DNA of 64,000 nucleotides from Lobosporangium transversale (lineage: Eukaryota). A model generated the notes under the pieces. The model did no database searches. It had not been told where the DNA came from and saw only the letters and a list, made by a program, of their open reading frames with translations. A program made the position numbers and the translations under genes. Positions 28,345 to 41,865 of the stretch are shown piece after piece; position 1 is the first letter of the stretch; every line of letters begins with the position of its first letter. The stretch spans positions 62,001 to 126,000 of the forward strand of contig NW_019029009.1 in assembly GCF_002105155.1 (NCBI RefSeq). The letters are read 5' to 3'.

Positions 28345-30792
28345 TCATGACTTTCCAAGTCGTGCTTTGGCTGGGATAAAAGAACTTGAGAAATCCAGAC
28401 TGACATTTTTGTCCATCTCTTTCTTGGCTGTAGACCCTCCATTTTTCATTTCTTGTTTCAAACGAGCCTGCCGCCTAGCCTCCACTGCCGCTGCCAATGC
28501 TGCCTTAGCCTTCGCCTGCTTGGGCGTTAATTCTTCCTGAGGGATGGCTGCTAACATGGCTCCCAAAGATTGGCCATTCGTACTAGTCGCTGTAGTGCTG
28601 CTTGCCCCCGATGAAACAGTCGAGGACGACTGGTTGTTAGCCATGGCCTTGTTCAGCGCTAAAGGGCTTGGTTTGTAATTATCCTCGTTGGTCGATACTG
28701 TGACATCCTTGCCAAATGAACACCCATAAAAGTCGGCCTGTGGGTTCGGCTTCCTTGGTTTGGATGCACCTGTTGATGCAGTTTCATTTGATGATTTCGA
28801 CGTGATAGATCTTGAATCCATAAAAGTATTTCCGTTGCTGCTGTTGCCTACACTTTTGGTCGATCCCGATGTCACGCCAGGGTAATAGCCCAACGACAGT
28901 GATGAGTCAGAAGCAATTGAGTTGGCGTACTTGCGCAGAGGAAGGAGATCACCTACAGCCATGGAGGGATTATCTATGTTCTTGTTAATAATCTCGACGA
29001 CCCTGCGCATCGTTTCCATCCAATAGTCACGCTCATCTCGGCTCCTGCAACGCATCATTTGTTTGCGTCCTGCATTAGCGATCTGAATACAATTGGGCAG
29101 CTGAGGAAGGGTGACATTATCTTCAGGATTATTGATTTGTGTCTTTGCTAGGTCAAACATGCCCTTGAATGTATAAATATTCTTTTTGGGATCAAAACGC
29201 GCATACAATAGAACATCGTTCATCAAGTAATACGTCCTAGGCTCAAGTGCTAACGACGAGTCAACTTTATGCAGATCTGCTCTCAGAATGAGTCGTCGAG
29301 CTGGAATCATGATAGGCTCTGGTAAATTTACCATGGTCGATTGAATGTCCCATAATGCCAATTGATCCTGAGCCATATATTGCTCATTCTGGAGCTCATT
29401 TGCCACAACGTTGATCATATCAGATGCCCGGATTAAATTCAAATAGTCCGGATGGCATGCCGAGGTTGCCTGGCAGAGTGCGTTAATCATATCTCTGAAT
29501 GTTGAAAGACGTCGCAATGGGGTCGCGAGCATTAGATGAAGACTAGCTGTGCCTGATGGGTTATCAGAGACACATTGCTAATAAATAACACAAAAAGGAT
29601 CAGAACAAAGGTTTGGTCAATTCGATTATCCAAAAATGTCCGAGTTTACGCTCACACACTTTGACTTGCCAGGACTCACCTCCATAAATTTTTTATACTG
29701 TGCTCCCCGTGAGATGCGATCAAGGACTGTCAAGGCATGATGAAAATTCAGGAAATACATGCTATAAATCTTAAATTTCGGGATCTATGCGCATATGGGT
29801 GATAAAGTTAAACACAAATGCAGAGAGTACTCTTTGTTTTTTACATATACGTTACTCATTTTTCAGAAAATGCCTTGGCAATACAGGAAATAAACCTACC
29901 ACGCTGATCAATAAATCACCTATGATCTGAGTTGGCCCCCAGATTCTGGATCGTTCCTCCAGTAAGGAGCGAATCTCTTCATGAAACTCAATCAGGCTGC
30001 CTAAATTGCCAAACATGGTGTCGATTTCCTGCTTCGTCGCCACAATCTTGCTTAAGGACGAAGATAACAAGCCTCCTGACTTCTTATTGTCCTCAATCTG
30101 CTGTAAATTTCGTAGCAGAGGTTTGCGATAACAAGATTGAATCTCTTGCAGCGATCGTAGATAGTCTTCTTCAGAATCATACAAGTGACGCACAAGCGAT
30201 TCACGCCGCAGATGTGTCCGCTCCGCCTCAATGAGTTGCGATTCGTTGAATAGCTCTTTTTATATATATATTATTAATGAAGAAAGTAATAAAAAAACAC
30301 TTAGCCCAAAATGTTCATTTGTCTTTTGCGATCCAGAAAAAAAATATATAAATAAAAACTTTTTAATATTGACTTACCTCCACCTTCAAATGTTAAATCA
30401 TCTTCTCCAAAGTAATCCAGCAGATCTTCCACAATTGCCAACGAATCAGACATATCAAACGTACCCATTCCAAACCCTTCGTTAGTTGTCATCTTGGCAC
30501 TTGTATTTGGACTCTGCTTACGTTCTTCTCGGGTTAGCTTGTCTTGTAGGATCTGTTGTTGCATACGTCTTCGATCCTCCATCTCTTCGAGTTCCTCTCC
30601 CGTCATCCCATGCCGTGTTTGCTGTTGTTGCTGGGATCCATTTAGTTGGGTGTCCAAGGATTGATATTGAAAACTATCTTGCCTAACAGGAGGCTGCGGA
30701 GCAAAAGCAGCGGAGGCATGGTAATGATGAGATGGGTTCAATTGGAGATGGGCCAGGCCGGTTGTAAGTGTGATATCATGGGATTGCTGCAT
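28345..30792 (-). CDS. DH-PH domain Rho guanine-nucleotide exchange factor
   Basis: DH motifs RESLVRHLYDSEEDYLRSL, IDTMFGNLGSLIEFH, LHLMLATPLRRLSTF...CHPDY. PH motifs RRLILRADL...RTYYLMNDVLLYA...ERDYWMETM. The first ATG is at 30792, but the frame stays open upstream. Confidence 0.85.
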
Positions 30793-31949
30793 TGCGGAGT
30801 CGATCGGGGAGAGATGTGCGGCCGAAAGCCCCTGCCGTTGAGTCGGGGTTGAGGAATGATATTGGGGTGATCGACTCAATGGTAGTGAGGAATGTTTCAG
30901 ATTCCCGGTCGCTGAAGGAGTAGGGAGCTGTTGCGCAGGGATATTAGACAACGTCGTTTTGGAAATATCAATATTGCCTTTAATAAGGGTGAGATATGTA
31001 TGAGGAAATAGAGTGTTTGGCAGAAAAGCGATCGAAAATCGAAGAGAAAGAGTCTCAGCTCGCGATCAAGGTCGAATTGTGCTTTGTAAGTAGTTTTCTT
31101 TTTACTTGATGGGTTATTTAGAACCGCTGGTTAAACAATTATGAAAGTCGAAATAATGAAGCTGAACGCTCAGTTGGTTGGTTATCTACACAATAGTCGT
31201 TTCCTTCCAGGGTCGAAGATATTCCAAAAAAGTTGGGACAATTAACTAATATCCGCAAATATTACAATGGGATTGGAGAGGATGTGTTATGAAATAAATA
31301 AGTCAAGTTGCGAGCTGATAGGATAAGAGAGGAAATATTCAACTATTGAAGATTGAGAGAGGAGAATAGTATATATAAAGGTGCAAGATACAAATCCAAG
31401 AGGAGGAGAGAGTAAGAGAGAAAGGGAAGAAGGGGAAGAAGGGGAAAAAGAAAAGAGAAAGTAAGAGAGAGAAAAGGGAAGATAAAGTGGCAGCGCCTTT
31501 AAAGCAAAAAAAAAAATAAAATAAAAAAAAAATAAAAAAAAATTAAATTAAGTGAATGAATCAACATTCCATTAATTGAACTACCTGTATTCGACTGTTT
31601 ACGGATTGACTAGACAACAAATCGGAAAGACAAAGACTGCATTAATTTTTTTACGGTTCTACAAGGTGAAATCATTCCCCTCCTTGCGTGTCCTTCTGCC
31701 CTTCTTGCTCCACTCTTTTAGTACCTTTTTGCACCCAGACCCTTCATATCATGTCTTTTTTCAGTCGTCGGAGGAAAAAAAAAGGGGGGGATAAGTGCAA
31801 AGGAATAACTAGGAAGCAAAGCTTTGACCCGGTTGTGCCTAATAAACACTAGGCAAAGGAAAAAGAGGTTGACAAGTAGCGGGCACGAATGGGAGGAGTG
31901 ATTAAGGCAATCTTTTTTTTTTTTTTGCCTTGCCTGTACTTACACTTTG

Positions 31950-31985
<36 letters not shown>

Positions 31986-33836
31986 GTGTATTTGTTACCT
32001 CTTTTTGCCTGCCGCCCAGTCTACTCTGTCTGTTCTCTGATACGACGCAAAAAGCGGGGTAAAATGTTCGGGGTGAGTAAACTGCCCAACCTTTTCGAAC
32101 TTTGTTGATGAGCACTTTGAAAGAAAAAGAGATAAACTCTTTCTTTTTGATACCAGCAGCTTATGAAAGGCTTTATTAATTTTTCTTTTCCTTCCTATCC
32201 TTCGAGTGCTGCTCCTTTCTTCTCTTAAGCTTGAAAAGCCATAGAAGGCTTCTTTTTGAGCGGCGAAAGGGGGAGGGTTTAAAGACATAATAAATGCAAT
32301 AGGTTACATTACAATTAAAAGTCGTTGAACTATTTCGCATCTAGAACATCTCACCAAAGGTATATAAAGCTCTAGTCAAAGGATAAGGAAAACGAGACGG
32401 CCGAATCAACAGTAAATAGGGGTAGCCCAGACCTGACGAGAAAAAGGACAGATCATTGGAGTTCCGGGTGGCAATGTTCAGTGAATGAGACAAGGCTTTC
32501 CAATCGCCTTTTTTTCAACGTCATTCGAGATCAACGTTGTAAAAAGGGCCAAAGCAAAAAAGTGGGATTGAAGACAACGGCATTATCAACTGTAATGCAA
32601 CAAATGTTCCAGTAACATGGAAGAGCCGCTCTGATCTAGGCTAGTCGTAAACAGTTTACATCGGAGAAGTGCCTTTTGTTATTTATTTCATTATACAAAA
32701 GAGAGATATGTGTTCTATCTCCCATACACCAAATAATGCACAATAATTCCATAAAGATGCTTGATTCTTAAGAGGCAACAAAGAGCTTGTCTGTGTTTAC
32801 TCAATTGAATAGTACATAATATATTTATACTATAAGGCATACAGCCGCACCAATGATGCCAAGTGAATGTAATGAGCGCCTTGGGTTTGTATACCCCCAA
32901 GCAAGTACAAATACAGAACACAAAGGATAAAAGAGTTAGTAAATATATGTATAATATCAAAATGGCACACAGCGCTTCACAATGAGCATGCTATCGCATG
33001 GAAGCGCGCATTCTTTCATTTATCTTTGTTTATTTTAAAAAAATTGTTTAGTCGAGCAAAAAAAAAAAAAAAAAAAAAGAAAAAGAACGGAGACAAAACG
33101 AAAGGAACCACAATGAATAGGTATTGGGACTGAAATTGTTGAATTGAGTATTTGCCTTTCTTACCGGCCCAAAAGAGCTTTTGAAAGGTTCGGGTTCAAC
33201 ATCTCAAAACAATAAATGTTTCTATTTTACTCACACTTTGTTGTTTGAGCACAAAAACAATATTCATTTTATGGCGCATGTGTAAAAAAAAAACCCCCCA
33301 TCTTTTATTACATTGACCATGACCTGTGCTCGTTTTTTTCAAGTCCAGGAAAGTCGGTTTAGCGCCCAATACGCGATGACCCTTTTACACTAACTGTAAC
33401 CTTTTATTTAAAAAAAAAATCGCCAAGCTCTCGACCAGAAGCATTGACGTGAACCTGCATATTCAAACTGTATTTGTCTGCTAACTAGCTCTACTTAATT
33501 CACTGTATTAAAAGTCATGAGAAAAAGTCAGGTAAGCGCCATAGGACGAAATAACGAGATGAAATACATAAATGGTCAAGTCAATTTGAATCTGTACGAC
33601 ATTCAACGGCGGAGTAAGATCGCTTAAATGATGGCGCACGGATATTGCCATTAACAAACTTTATAGATGAAGGCCAACTAACTCATCATTGCCTCATTAA
33701 AGAGGGAAAGCGATATCCGCATGAGACCAAGAAAAAAAACTAACATGTACAATAACTGCTATATTGGATTTACTACAACTGTCGCAAAACCTTCTTTGCT
33801 CACTCTAGAGGAAGACGTCCACAGTCTGTATATTCG

Positions 33837-36800
33837 TCAAATCTGATTCATCTCTCGCTCTACCTGCTTGTATATTTTAGTCGTCTGCTCCGATGTCTTT
33901 ACAGGCTTAGACTTAGCACCACCACTTGCCCGTCCCACTGCCGTTTCTGGCTCTGCAAAACCCGAGATTGAGCATGAGGACAAAGGCGGAGTATTCAACG
34001 AAGAATATGCAGGCTCAATTTCAATTTGTCGATGAGGCTGGTATGGAGGCTGCTGTTGCTTCGCATTCGAATTCCGACGAGCAAGCAAGCTTCCGATCGC
34101 AGAGGCAATCAAAGGGAAGAAAGTGCGTTCACAGACCATTGCAATACCTAGGTTGACGGCGGCCATAAACACGATAAAGTATCGAAAGCTCAAGGGGATG
34201 TCGACCAGTTGCAAAATGCTCGACAGCCATTGTGGAGGAAGAAGAACTATCATTTGTGAAAGGACAGTCAGTCCAACCAAGATAACAAGAAATGGACCTA
34301 AAGAAAGTATGAAAAACAGGATTTGAGTATTATTGTGATATTTCACATTTATATCTAGATCGAATGCATAATGATCAAGCAGCATACGATTAGAGTTCAT
34401 AGGCTTGCGATATGGGGGGCCCACACTGAATACAACCGCGATAAGTAGATATTGAAAGATCGACAGGAAAAACAGACTGGTATTCTCAAAGCCTTCGATG
34501 TTCTTCGCTCCACGCTCATATTTAGGCGGCTTGTACCAGGGCTGCTGACGAACAATACAAAAAAGCATCGTTTGAAAGAGTCCTTGAATGAGAATCTGTC
34601 CAATTAGAGATGTCAAGACCTTCTTTGACACCAAGTTGGCAGTGGGCCGCTTTGGACTCAACATCGGGAAGGCTTCCGTGCGACCCATAAACACAGCGAC
34701 GGGAAGGATGAGCGCTAAATCGATATAAAGGAACTGGAAGTCACCCAAGTTGGAAGCAAACGCATATAGAAAGCTGACGGTCGTGAATTGAATAATACTA
34801 TAAAGTGCCATAAATTTGAAGCAGCTAAAGCTTGTCACCAAAGCAGCACGACCCTCTCTAAAAAAAAAAAAAAAAGGTTAACTAAAGTTGTTTTTTTTTT
34901 TTTTTTTATAATATCGAATAAAAGTAAGTTCATTTAGGGAAAAGCAATCACTTACTGGATTACTTTCACAACACATTCAATATCGTTCGATCGACTCGTG
35001 AATGGCGCTGCAACCGATGCTTCAGCCTCACTCAGACTGATACCAACATCCGCCGCCTTGAGAGCCCCGCAATCATTTGCTCCATCGCCACAGAACCCCA
35101 CACAGTAACCAATTGCTTGAAGGCATTCGACAAGCTCGTGTTTCTCATCCGGAGACATACGCGCGAATATCTGACCTTTAACAAGCATCCTGTTTAAGGT
35201 CATGGTTGAAGCATAGTCAACCATCCAACGGAAACACTCACCAGTCACTGCTAAGACGTAGTCATCCATCATTTCAGGATACACTGGGTATTCATACCCA
35301 ACAACAGCTTCATCTACGTTACTAAAGGCCGGCTGCACAAGTTGTGCGATAGGGACACAGCGTAATAAGAATTGTTAAAGATTCAATACAAAAATGCTGC
35401 GATTCCAGTATATAACCATGTCTTTGTAGCTCAACATACTTTGAGTGTTAATGAATCTAGTGTTTTGCGACTGTCATCGATGTTCTCCCATATAACCTTG
35501 GGGTTCTCTGCAGTCGGCTCCCCAGACATGAATCTTGGCGCATAAACCTGCTTTGTCCTACTAATTAGGCCACATTCTCTCGAGACACTGATAGCAGTTA
35601 AAACATTGTCTCCAGTGCACATTACTTGTCGGATGCACGCGTTGGTTAGAGTGGTGATCACTGATGCTGTAGTCGGCTTGAGCTTGTTCTCAAAAACAAT
35701 GAAGCCAAGGAACGTCAATTCACTTTCCATCTGCTCTCGCTTAACACGTTGGGCGCGAATGAAGTTTAATGTTGGCATAGATTTAGTAGCGCATGCGATA
35801 ACACGATAGCCATGATGGGTGTAATAGGATAGTCGCTCCGCATAGTCAAATGGCAGCGTATCTTTCAAGCATATATCAATCATCGCCTCTGGAGCGCCCT
35901 TGACATATATATCCATGCCCGGGCTATGCAACTTCTTTACGATAACACTCATGCGGCGAAGAGAAGAGACGAATTCAAAACAACGAATGATACCCAACTC
36001 CAGAAAAGTTTCCTAGTCAACATATTAGTGCATATTCAGTGTCAGAGGATTGGCGCTTATTTTGATTGGTAATAGTTAAAGAAAGATAGCGGCGTTGTAT
36101 AGTCTTACGGTTTCGTTCATCTCAGTTGGGCGATGGGAAAGGACTTCGTTGAGATCAAACTGCTTTGCTCCTGGAGGCCGAACGACTGTAGACACAATTC
36201 CGCTCGAACTTTTTCCTGGACGCTGACCCGTTTCTGAAACACTCGACGTCCTTGTGCCGAGGCCACCTTCTTCTAGAACCCATCGAGTGAAATCAAACAT
36301 CTTGAGATCTAAAGGATCGCCAATAAGCTCACCTCCCACCGATTTGACAGAGTGACATGTAGCCATTGCATGTAGGAAGGAGGTAGGCCAATCCTGCATG
36401 GAGTCTGACGCGCTCCTCAACTCTTCGACCTGTACAAACATGGCTCCAAACATATTGGTCTCAATATCGACACACTGAACACCGAGCACATCCAAGCCAT
36501 CCTCTGTCAGGGTTCCAGTTTTGTCGAAACACATGCAGTTGATTTTGCCGCCAATATTCACCCTCGTAGGGCTGATACAAAAAATATTGGATTTTCTTAA
36601 ACGCGCAATGGCAAAGCTTGTGCCGATGGACATTGTTGCGGGGAGAGCAGGTGGCACAACAATCGTAATTAAATCCAATGCCTTGATGATCATGAGTTTA
36701 ATTGGTACACCCATCCTGATGAAATTGACTGTCGAGACCATAAAACCACAAACAGCAATACAAGCAAGAATACCAATGAAACGAAAAGAATCGCGATAGA

Positions 36801-38990
36801 ACTGGAAGTCGTTGGGTTTAGGGAACAACATGGACCGAATTAGTGTACCCTTTGTTGTATTGAACCCTGTCCGTACCACCATAGCTAAACCCCGTGCTGG
36901 TTGACTCATCCCATGCTCTGCGTCTTCAGGGCGGAGGACCTTGGCTGGTGCTACAGTTCCAGGCCGTGCACGTACGATTTTTGTCCCTGAGAATAGAAAG
37001 TAGCGAGCAAGGTCCGAAGGAATGTTCGCCATTGATAAATCCAAAAGCTGTAGTGCTTGCTCTGTGATTGGGATCTTAGATACTGGTACTGATTCCCCAG
37101 TCAACATGCTCTCATTTACGATACAATCGCCTGTAAGGAGAACAGCATCACAGGGGAAGACTGTAAGGTCTGAATCCGTAGTCTCAAAAACGTCTCCTGG
37201 CACTAATTCATCTGATCCAATATACCGCCCTAATAGTTTCCGAAAGAAGAGATGAAAGGGCGTTCGATCAAAACGGGCATAAGCTGAAAAGTAACGACAG
37301 TGATCTTGTCAAATCTTATATCTTTTTTTCTAATCATGATAGCTTATCGTACAAATGCCTGTTCGAAACACCTTGACATTGCAGGTAAACTTGGACATAT
37401 TGCGCATCCTTCTCATTGTCTTCTTGGTCTCGATCAACTCTGTAACGACTGATACGGTTGATATGACGAGAATACATCCCGCATAGTAAATGTAATCATC
37501 TATGAACCAAAGTATCATAGAAAACACTTGAAAGATGTAGAATGGGTGAAGCACTTCTTGAACTAATAACTGCCCAACCGTTTTTTCTTGAACGTCAATG
37601 AGATTAGGCCCAAACACCAATAATCTATCCTGATGTATCTCTCTTTCAAGTCCGCGCCCACATCTAGCAATACTCTTCCACTCTGAATCCTTCCAGTGCG
37701 AGTTTTGCATGAACACATGTGCCTGCGGATTGTAAATAAATCGAATGTACTGGTAGTCAAAGTATCGCATATCGTGCAATACTGCGGATGACTGCATGAA
37801 AATCAAGGATATGATAGGCAAGTTAGTAAACTTAAATATTGCGCCGCAGTAATTCCATGAACAGGCAGGCTTTTTTTCTTACCTCTGTGTCATTATTGAG
37901 CTCCTCGTTATCGAACGGTTTCTCCATTTGTTCCGGACTGAAGACAGAGCTCATGAGTCCACCATAGTATTTGGTATATACACGCTCTATAACCATTTGG
38001 CCCCACTCGTTCTAAGAAATCATATAGGATGATAGACAATGATGAGATTGATAGGTCGAAGGGTCATCTGCTCTGATTAATGGCCATCATGAACTCTTTT
38101 TTTTTATGCTTGCAGATAAACATGTGTTGAATAATTGATAGGGTCTCGGATATTTTTGTCAAATAAAATGATCCGCATCTAACCTACTTCAATCACCACA
38201 ATCTCTGCAAGGCTCATGGCACATTTCTCTGTCACAAAAGAGATATAGTACTGAGGCATCCATCGTCCAAGTAGAAAAATGACTCCACCACTCAGAACAC
38301 AGATGATATAGTACAAGTAGATCCGAACTTGAAGAAATCTGTATCCTGTAAACATCAGTTCCACGTCTTCTTCTTCCAGATGAAGGCACTGTACACATCG
38401 ATCATATACAGAATCTATTCATATACAACAAGATAGGAAGGTTAGTGGCAGATTGTTTTGTTCTAATTGTTCTGCTATGATAGTTCGTGTTCTCCCTCGC
38501 ATGGGAGATAAATATCAGGTTGTCTCTACTGTGTTTTATACATGTGGAGAGGCTCTACATTTTTGTATGGAGGGATATCCTTGTCACAGAGCACTACAGA
38601 AAAAAATTTCTTACCCTCTAGCACAGGCTTTCTGTTTCCTACTTTTGATCGTGAGGACTTGATCAGCACAGGTTGAGTTTCGCTTGCCTCATTCTCATCG
38701 TCATCGTCATCGTCATCGTCATATTCATCTTCATCAATCTCATGGACCTCAAGTGCAAGAGGTGATGCATTCCCGCACGAGTGACGAGAGTTGGTCAGAG
38801 TGTTGCTGCTGTTGTGTAAAGACCCATCATGCGAGTTCAGCTGCCGTAATTGGCGTGATTGATGATTGCCCTGGTTTGTGCGTGGAACTGAGGATAGTGC
38901 TCCTTGTGTCCCTTCCACCTGGCTTATAGATTCAGCATTGCTGTAGAGCAAGCGGTTTGAGAGTGGATCATGAGATAAGCTGCTGACCAT
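33837..38990 (-). CDS. YPK9: P5B-type ATPase (Ypk9/ATP13A2-like)
   Basis: [85 protein letters not shown], followed by C-terminal TM helices. Multi-exon, ATG at 38990. Confidence 0.95.
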
Positions 38991-39300
38991 TAAACAACGG
39001 AGTAGATCCTGTAGCCTGAGAAATAAAAGTGAAATGCGCTGTCTATCCAGAGGTGCGGTAAAAGGCCAACGATAAAAGGAAAGGATAGCACCAGATGCCA
39101 ATTGACAACAGTATATCTAACAGATGGTGATAGATAAGCAGGAGGAAAAGAAAAAAAGAAAGAAAAATGGTTGTGGAATGTGGGGGCAGTATATCCGGTG
39201 CTGTGTTGTGCTCAACAATGTTGATGTTTGTCACGCAGCCCTTGTTGAAAGACATAGTCCTATTGGTTCCAAACGAATACTTCCCCCCTAGTTTTTGGGA

Positions 39301-39312
39301 TATCACGTGATA
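39301..39312. promoter_or_regulatory. 12-bp palindrome TATCACGTGATA (E-box core) in the divergent YPK9 / Tra2-like promoter
   Basis: Perfect palindrome seen. Regulatory role is inferred. Confidence 0.45.
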
Positions 39313-39433
39313 CGCTGCATCCGACTATTTTCACAGGTTTTTTCCTTTTTTCCACACATCTTTTCTCCTTTGCACACATCAATCACATCACGCACCTCAT
39401 CCTCTTTTTGATTACAATTCCAGTTCATTGATA

Positions 39434-41506
39434 ATGAGCGAACAGGCATTTACTGATTCGGAACACCGTGGTCGCGATGCTAGTCCTGCCAGCTCGCGAT
39501 CACGATCCCCACGTCCAAGAAGTCGCTCTCCTGCACGCCCAAGGTTAGTCTTTATTTTTACTTCGCCAGCAATATAAAATTTTGTTCTTTATGTTTTTGT
39601 TTTTATCCTATCCACCTTCCTCTAGTACATTTTTACACTATCCCCTCTTCACCTTGCGCGTTAAATACAGACAAAAGAGGCAGAGACAATAAGTTGATTG
39701 TCATGAATGCTTTTCTTGTCTTAGCTGTTTTCTGCACATTTTTTCTTTTGTTCGCTTTTGCTCTCGCAACACGCGCACACGCCTTGTTCGACAGCCAACC
39801 GACCCACGATATCCCCAAAGATAAACGATAGTATAAACTTTAATTTGACTGATTCACCTCCGTTGAACCCCACCATCACAGCAGCAGTGACAATACCAAC
39901 GACGAATCAGTCAACCCAGGAAACAACCTCTTTGTAAACAGCCTCGCCGCCAAGACTGAAGCCAGTGATCTCGAAGATTTGTTCGGCAAATACGGCAAGG
40001 TGAGAGGGAATAGCAAAAACAACACAAAGGCCCTTTAACAAGACGCATAAGCAAATCTGAAGAAAACCAAAGAATGATGGACGTGCCACACATGTTCGCC
40101 GCCCTCACCACAAGCGCCTACCCGCATTATATCGACGCATGTGAGATTTCCAATCAGCGAGCAGCTAAGGCATTTTTTTTTTGGTCTCGACTTTTTCCTC
40201 TTCAATTTCAAGCCGACAGAGAAGGGAGCAGTTTCAGGCCTCAATTGACCTTCAGACTCTACGGATCTGCTTCGTTGTTTTACTTTCCTTGTATTACATT
40301 TTCTTTGATTAATTTTATATCCTTGCATCGACCTACAGGGCCGATTTCTTGATGAGGAGTGATCAACTCGACTTTTTTTTTGTTTGCTTCATTAAGCAAT
40401 ATCATGATGATTTTCGTTATTAGTGTTGTCCACGCATTTTACTGAACCCCTTCTTTTTATGATACTTTCTCTGTCTATCACCAATCCTCTTCAAATTCAC
40501 AAGCCTAACACTTATCATGTCGTTGGCATTATGCTTGTAGGTTGAGAAAGTTCAAATAATGTATGATCCTCACACACGTGAATCTCGCGGCTTCGCCTTT
40601 GTAACGATGGTCCGAACTGAAGATGCTGAGGCTGCCATGCAGGTGCTAAATGGATTTGAGCTTCATGGCCGTACTATGGCTGTCAAAATGGTAAACGATT
40701 CAATAGTTCAATGGCATCCATTCGCAATGGTTTCTATTGGTTTCGCAATGAATTAATATTTCTCATCATACCGCAACAAAATACTATCTGTTTTTATACT
40801 CAGGCGAAACGTGGCCGCGCTAGAACCCCCACACCCGGCCAGTACCGTGGGCCTCCAAAGCGAGAGAGGGCTATAGGTAGTATGCCTTACTACCCTTATG
40901 GTACTATATTTGATGATAACCATACAAATTTGTTTTTTCGTCGACGAATCATGAAACTGATGTTGCCAGGCTTTTTCCTGTTAACGTAGATCGTCGCATG
41001 GGAGACCGATTTGATCCTCGCTATGACCCCCGAGGACCAGACCCAAGGGATTATAGAGGTGGACCCATACGTGGAGATTATGGTCGTCCCGCTCCCTATG
41101 ACAGGTATATGCATTATGCAGACTATGACAGGTAGGGGGCTTCGAAACAATTTGTCAATGGCACAGGGACAAAGACGCGCTTGGCTGCCTCAACTGTTCT
41201 TGTGCACTTGGTACCTTGCCAGGGCCTTTTCAAGTCATATTCGTGATATTATTATGATTTCGTTTTCTTCAATGCCATAACGCTATGATTCATGTCCACT
41301 AATACGCTCAATCTCTTGCACTTTGTCGTTATACCGTTATATTATCAAGATGGATGGGGGGTGCAAGACCAAGGTATGATGACCGTCCACCGCGTGACTA
41401 TCGCCCACCTTACGGAATGGACAGAGGATACGATGATAGATCCTCCATGTACGACCGTGGATATGAGCGCCGTCCTCGCTACGATGAGAGATATGATCGA
41501 TACTAA
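39434..41506 (+). CDS. Tra2-like SR RNA-binding protein (RS region + single RRM + RY/RD-rich tail)
   Basis: MSEQAFTDSEHRGRDASPASSRSRSPRPRSRSPARP, then NPGNNLFVNSL...LEDLFGKYGK|VEKVQIMYDPHTRESRGFAFVTM, AKRGRARTPTPGQYRGP, and a tail ending RYDERYDRY*. Six exons. Confidence 0.9.
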
Positions 41507-41865
41507 ACATGCAAGCATTGAAGGCGCAGAGCTTCAACTTTCGCCGTTGTTTGTGTAATACTCAGATGGAAGATAAAAACCAAGACCAATAAAAATGTTT
41601 CCGCATAAAAAACCTACAAAATTGGAAAGAGCGTCCATTTCGTTTGACAGTTGATTATTAAGTTTGATGCGCCGCCGCACAGTATGAACGCATTGAACTT
41701 AGAAGTGGTTGTTATCCAGTTGATGCTGTTAGTGCGCAGCCCAGAAAAAGTATAAATCCTAAACTTTATCTCTCACTTGCTTCTTTCAATCCGCTCTCAC
41801 ACTTCCCTTCATCAAAACAAACTACACAAAGTACAACTCATATCTCATAATCCATAATCTACACA

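Noticed and set aside
31100..33800. Short ORFs or a structured ncRNA in the 2.7-kb intergenic region
   Set aside because: The ORFs are low-complexity or homopolymer-driven, and only small hairpins are present (e.g. ~32972-33007). I recognised no RNA family, but an Rfam scan was not run.
37804..37812. ATATCCTTGAT (minus strand) as a U12 signal in YPK9
   Set aside because: It lies near the 3' end of an intron with an ordinary GTAAGA donor that splices in frame.
40349..40445. Box C/D snoRNA in the Tra2-like intron (TGATGA...CTGA)
   Set aside because: No terminal stem or recognisable rRNA guide. The best C box (40404) is only ~40 nt from the CTGA.
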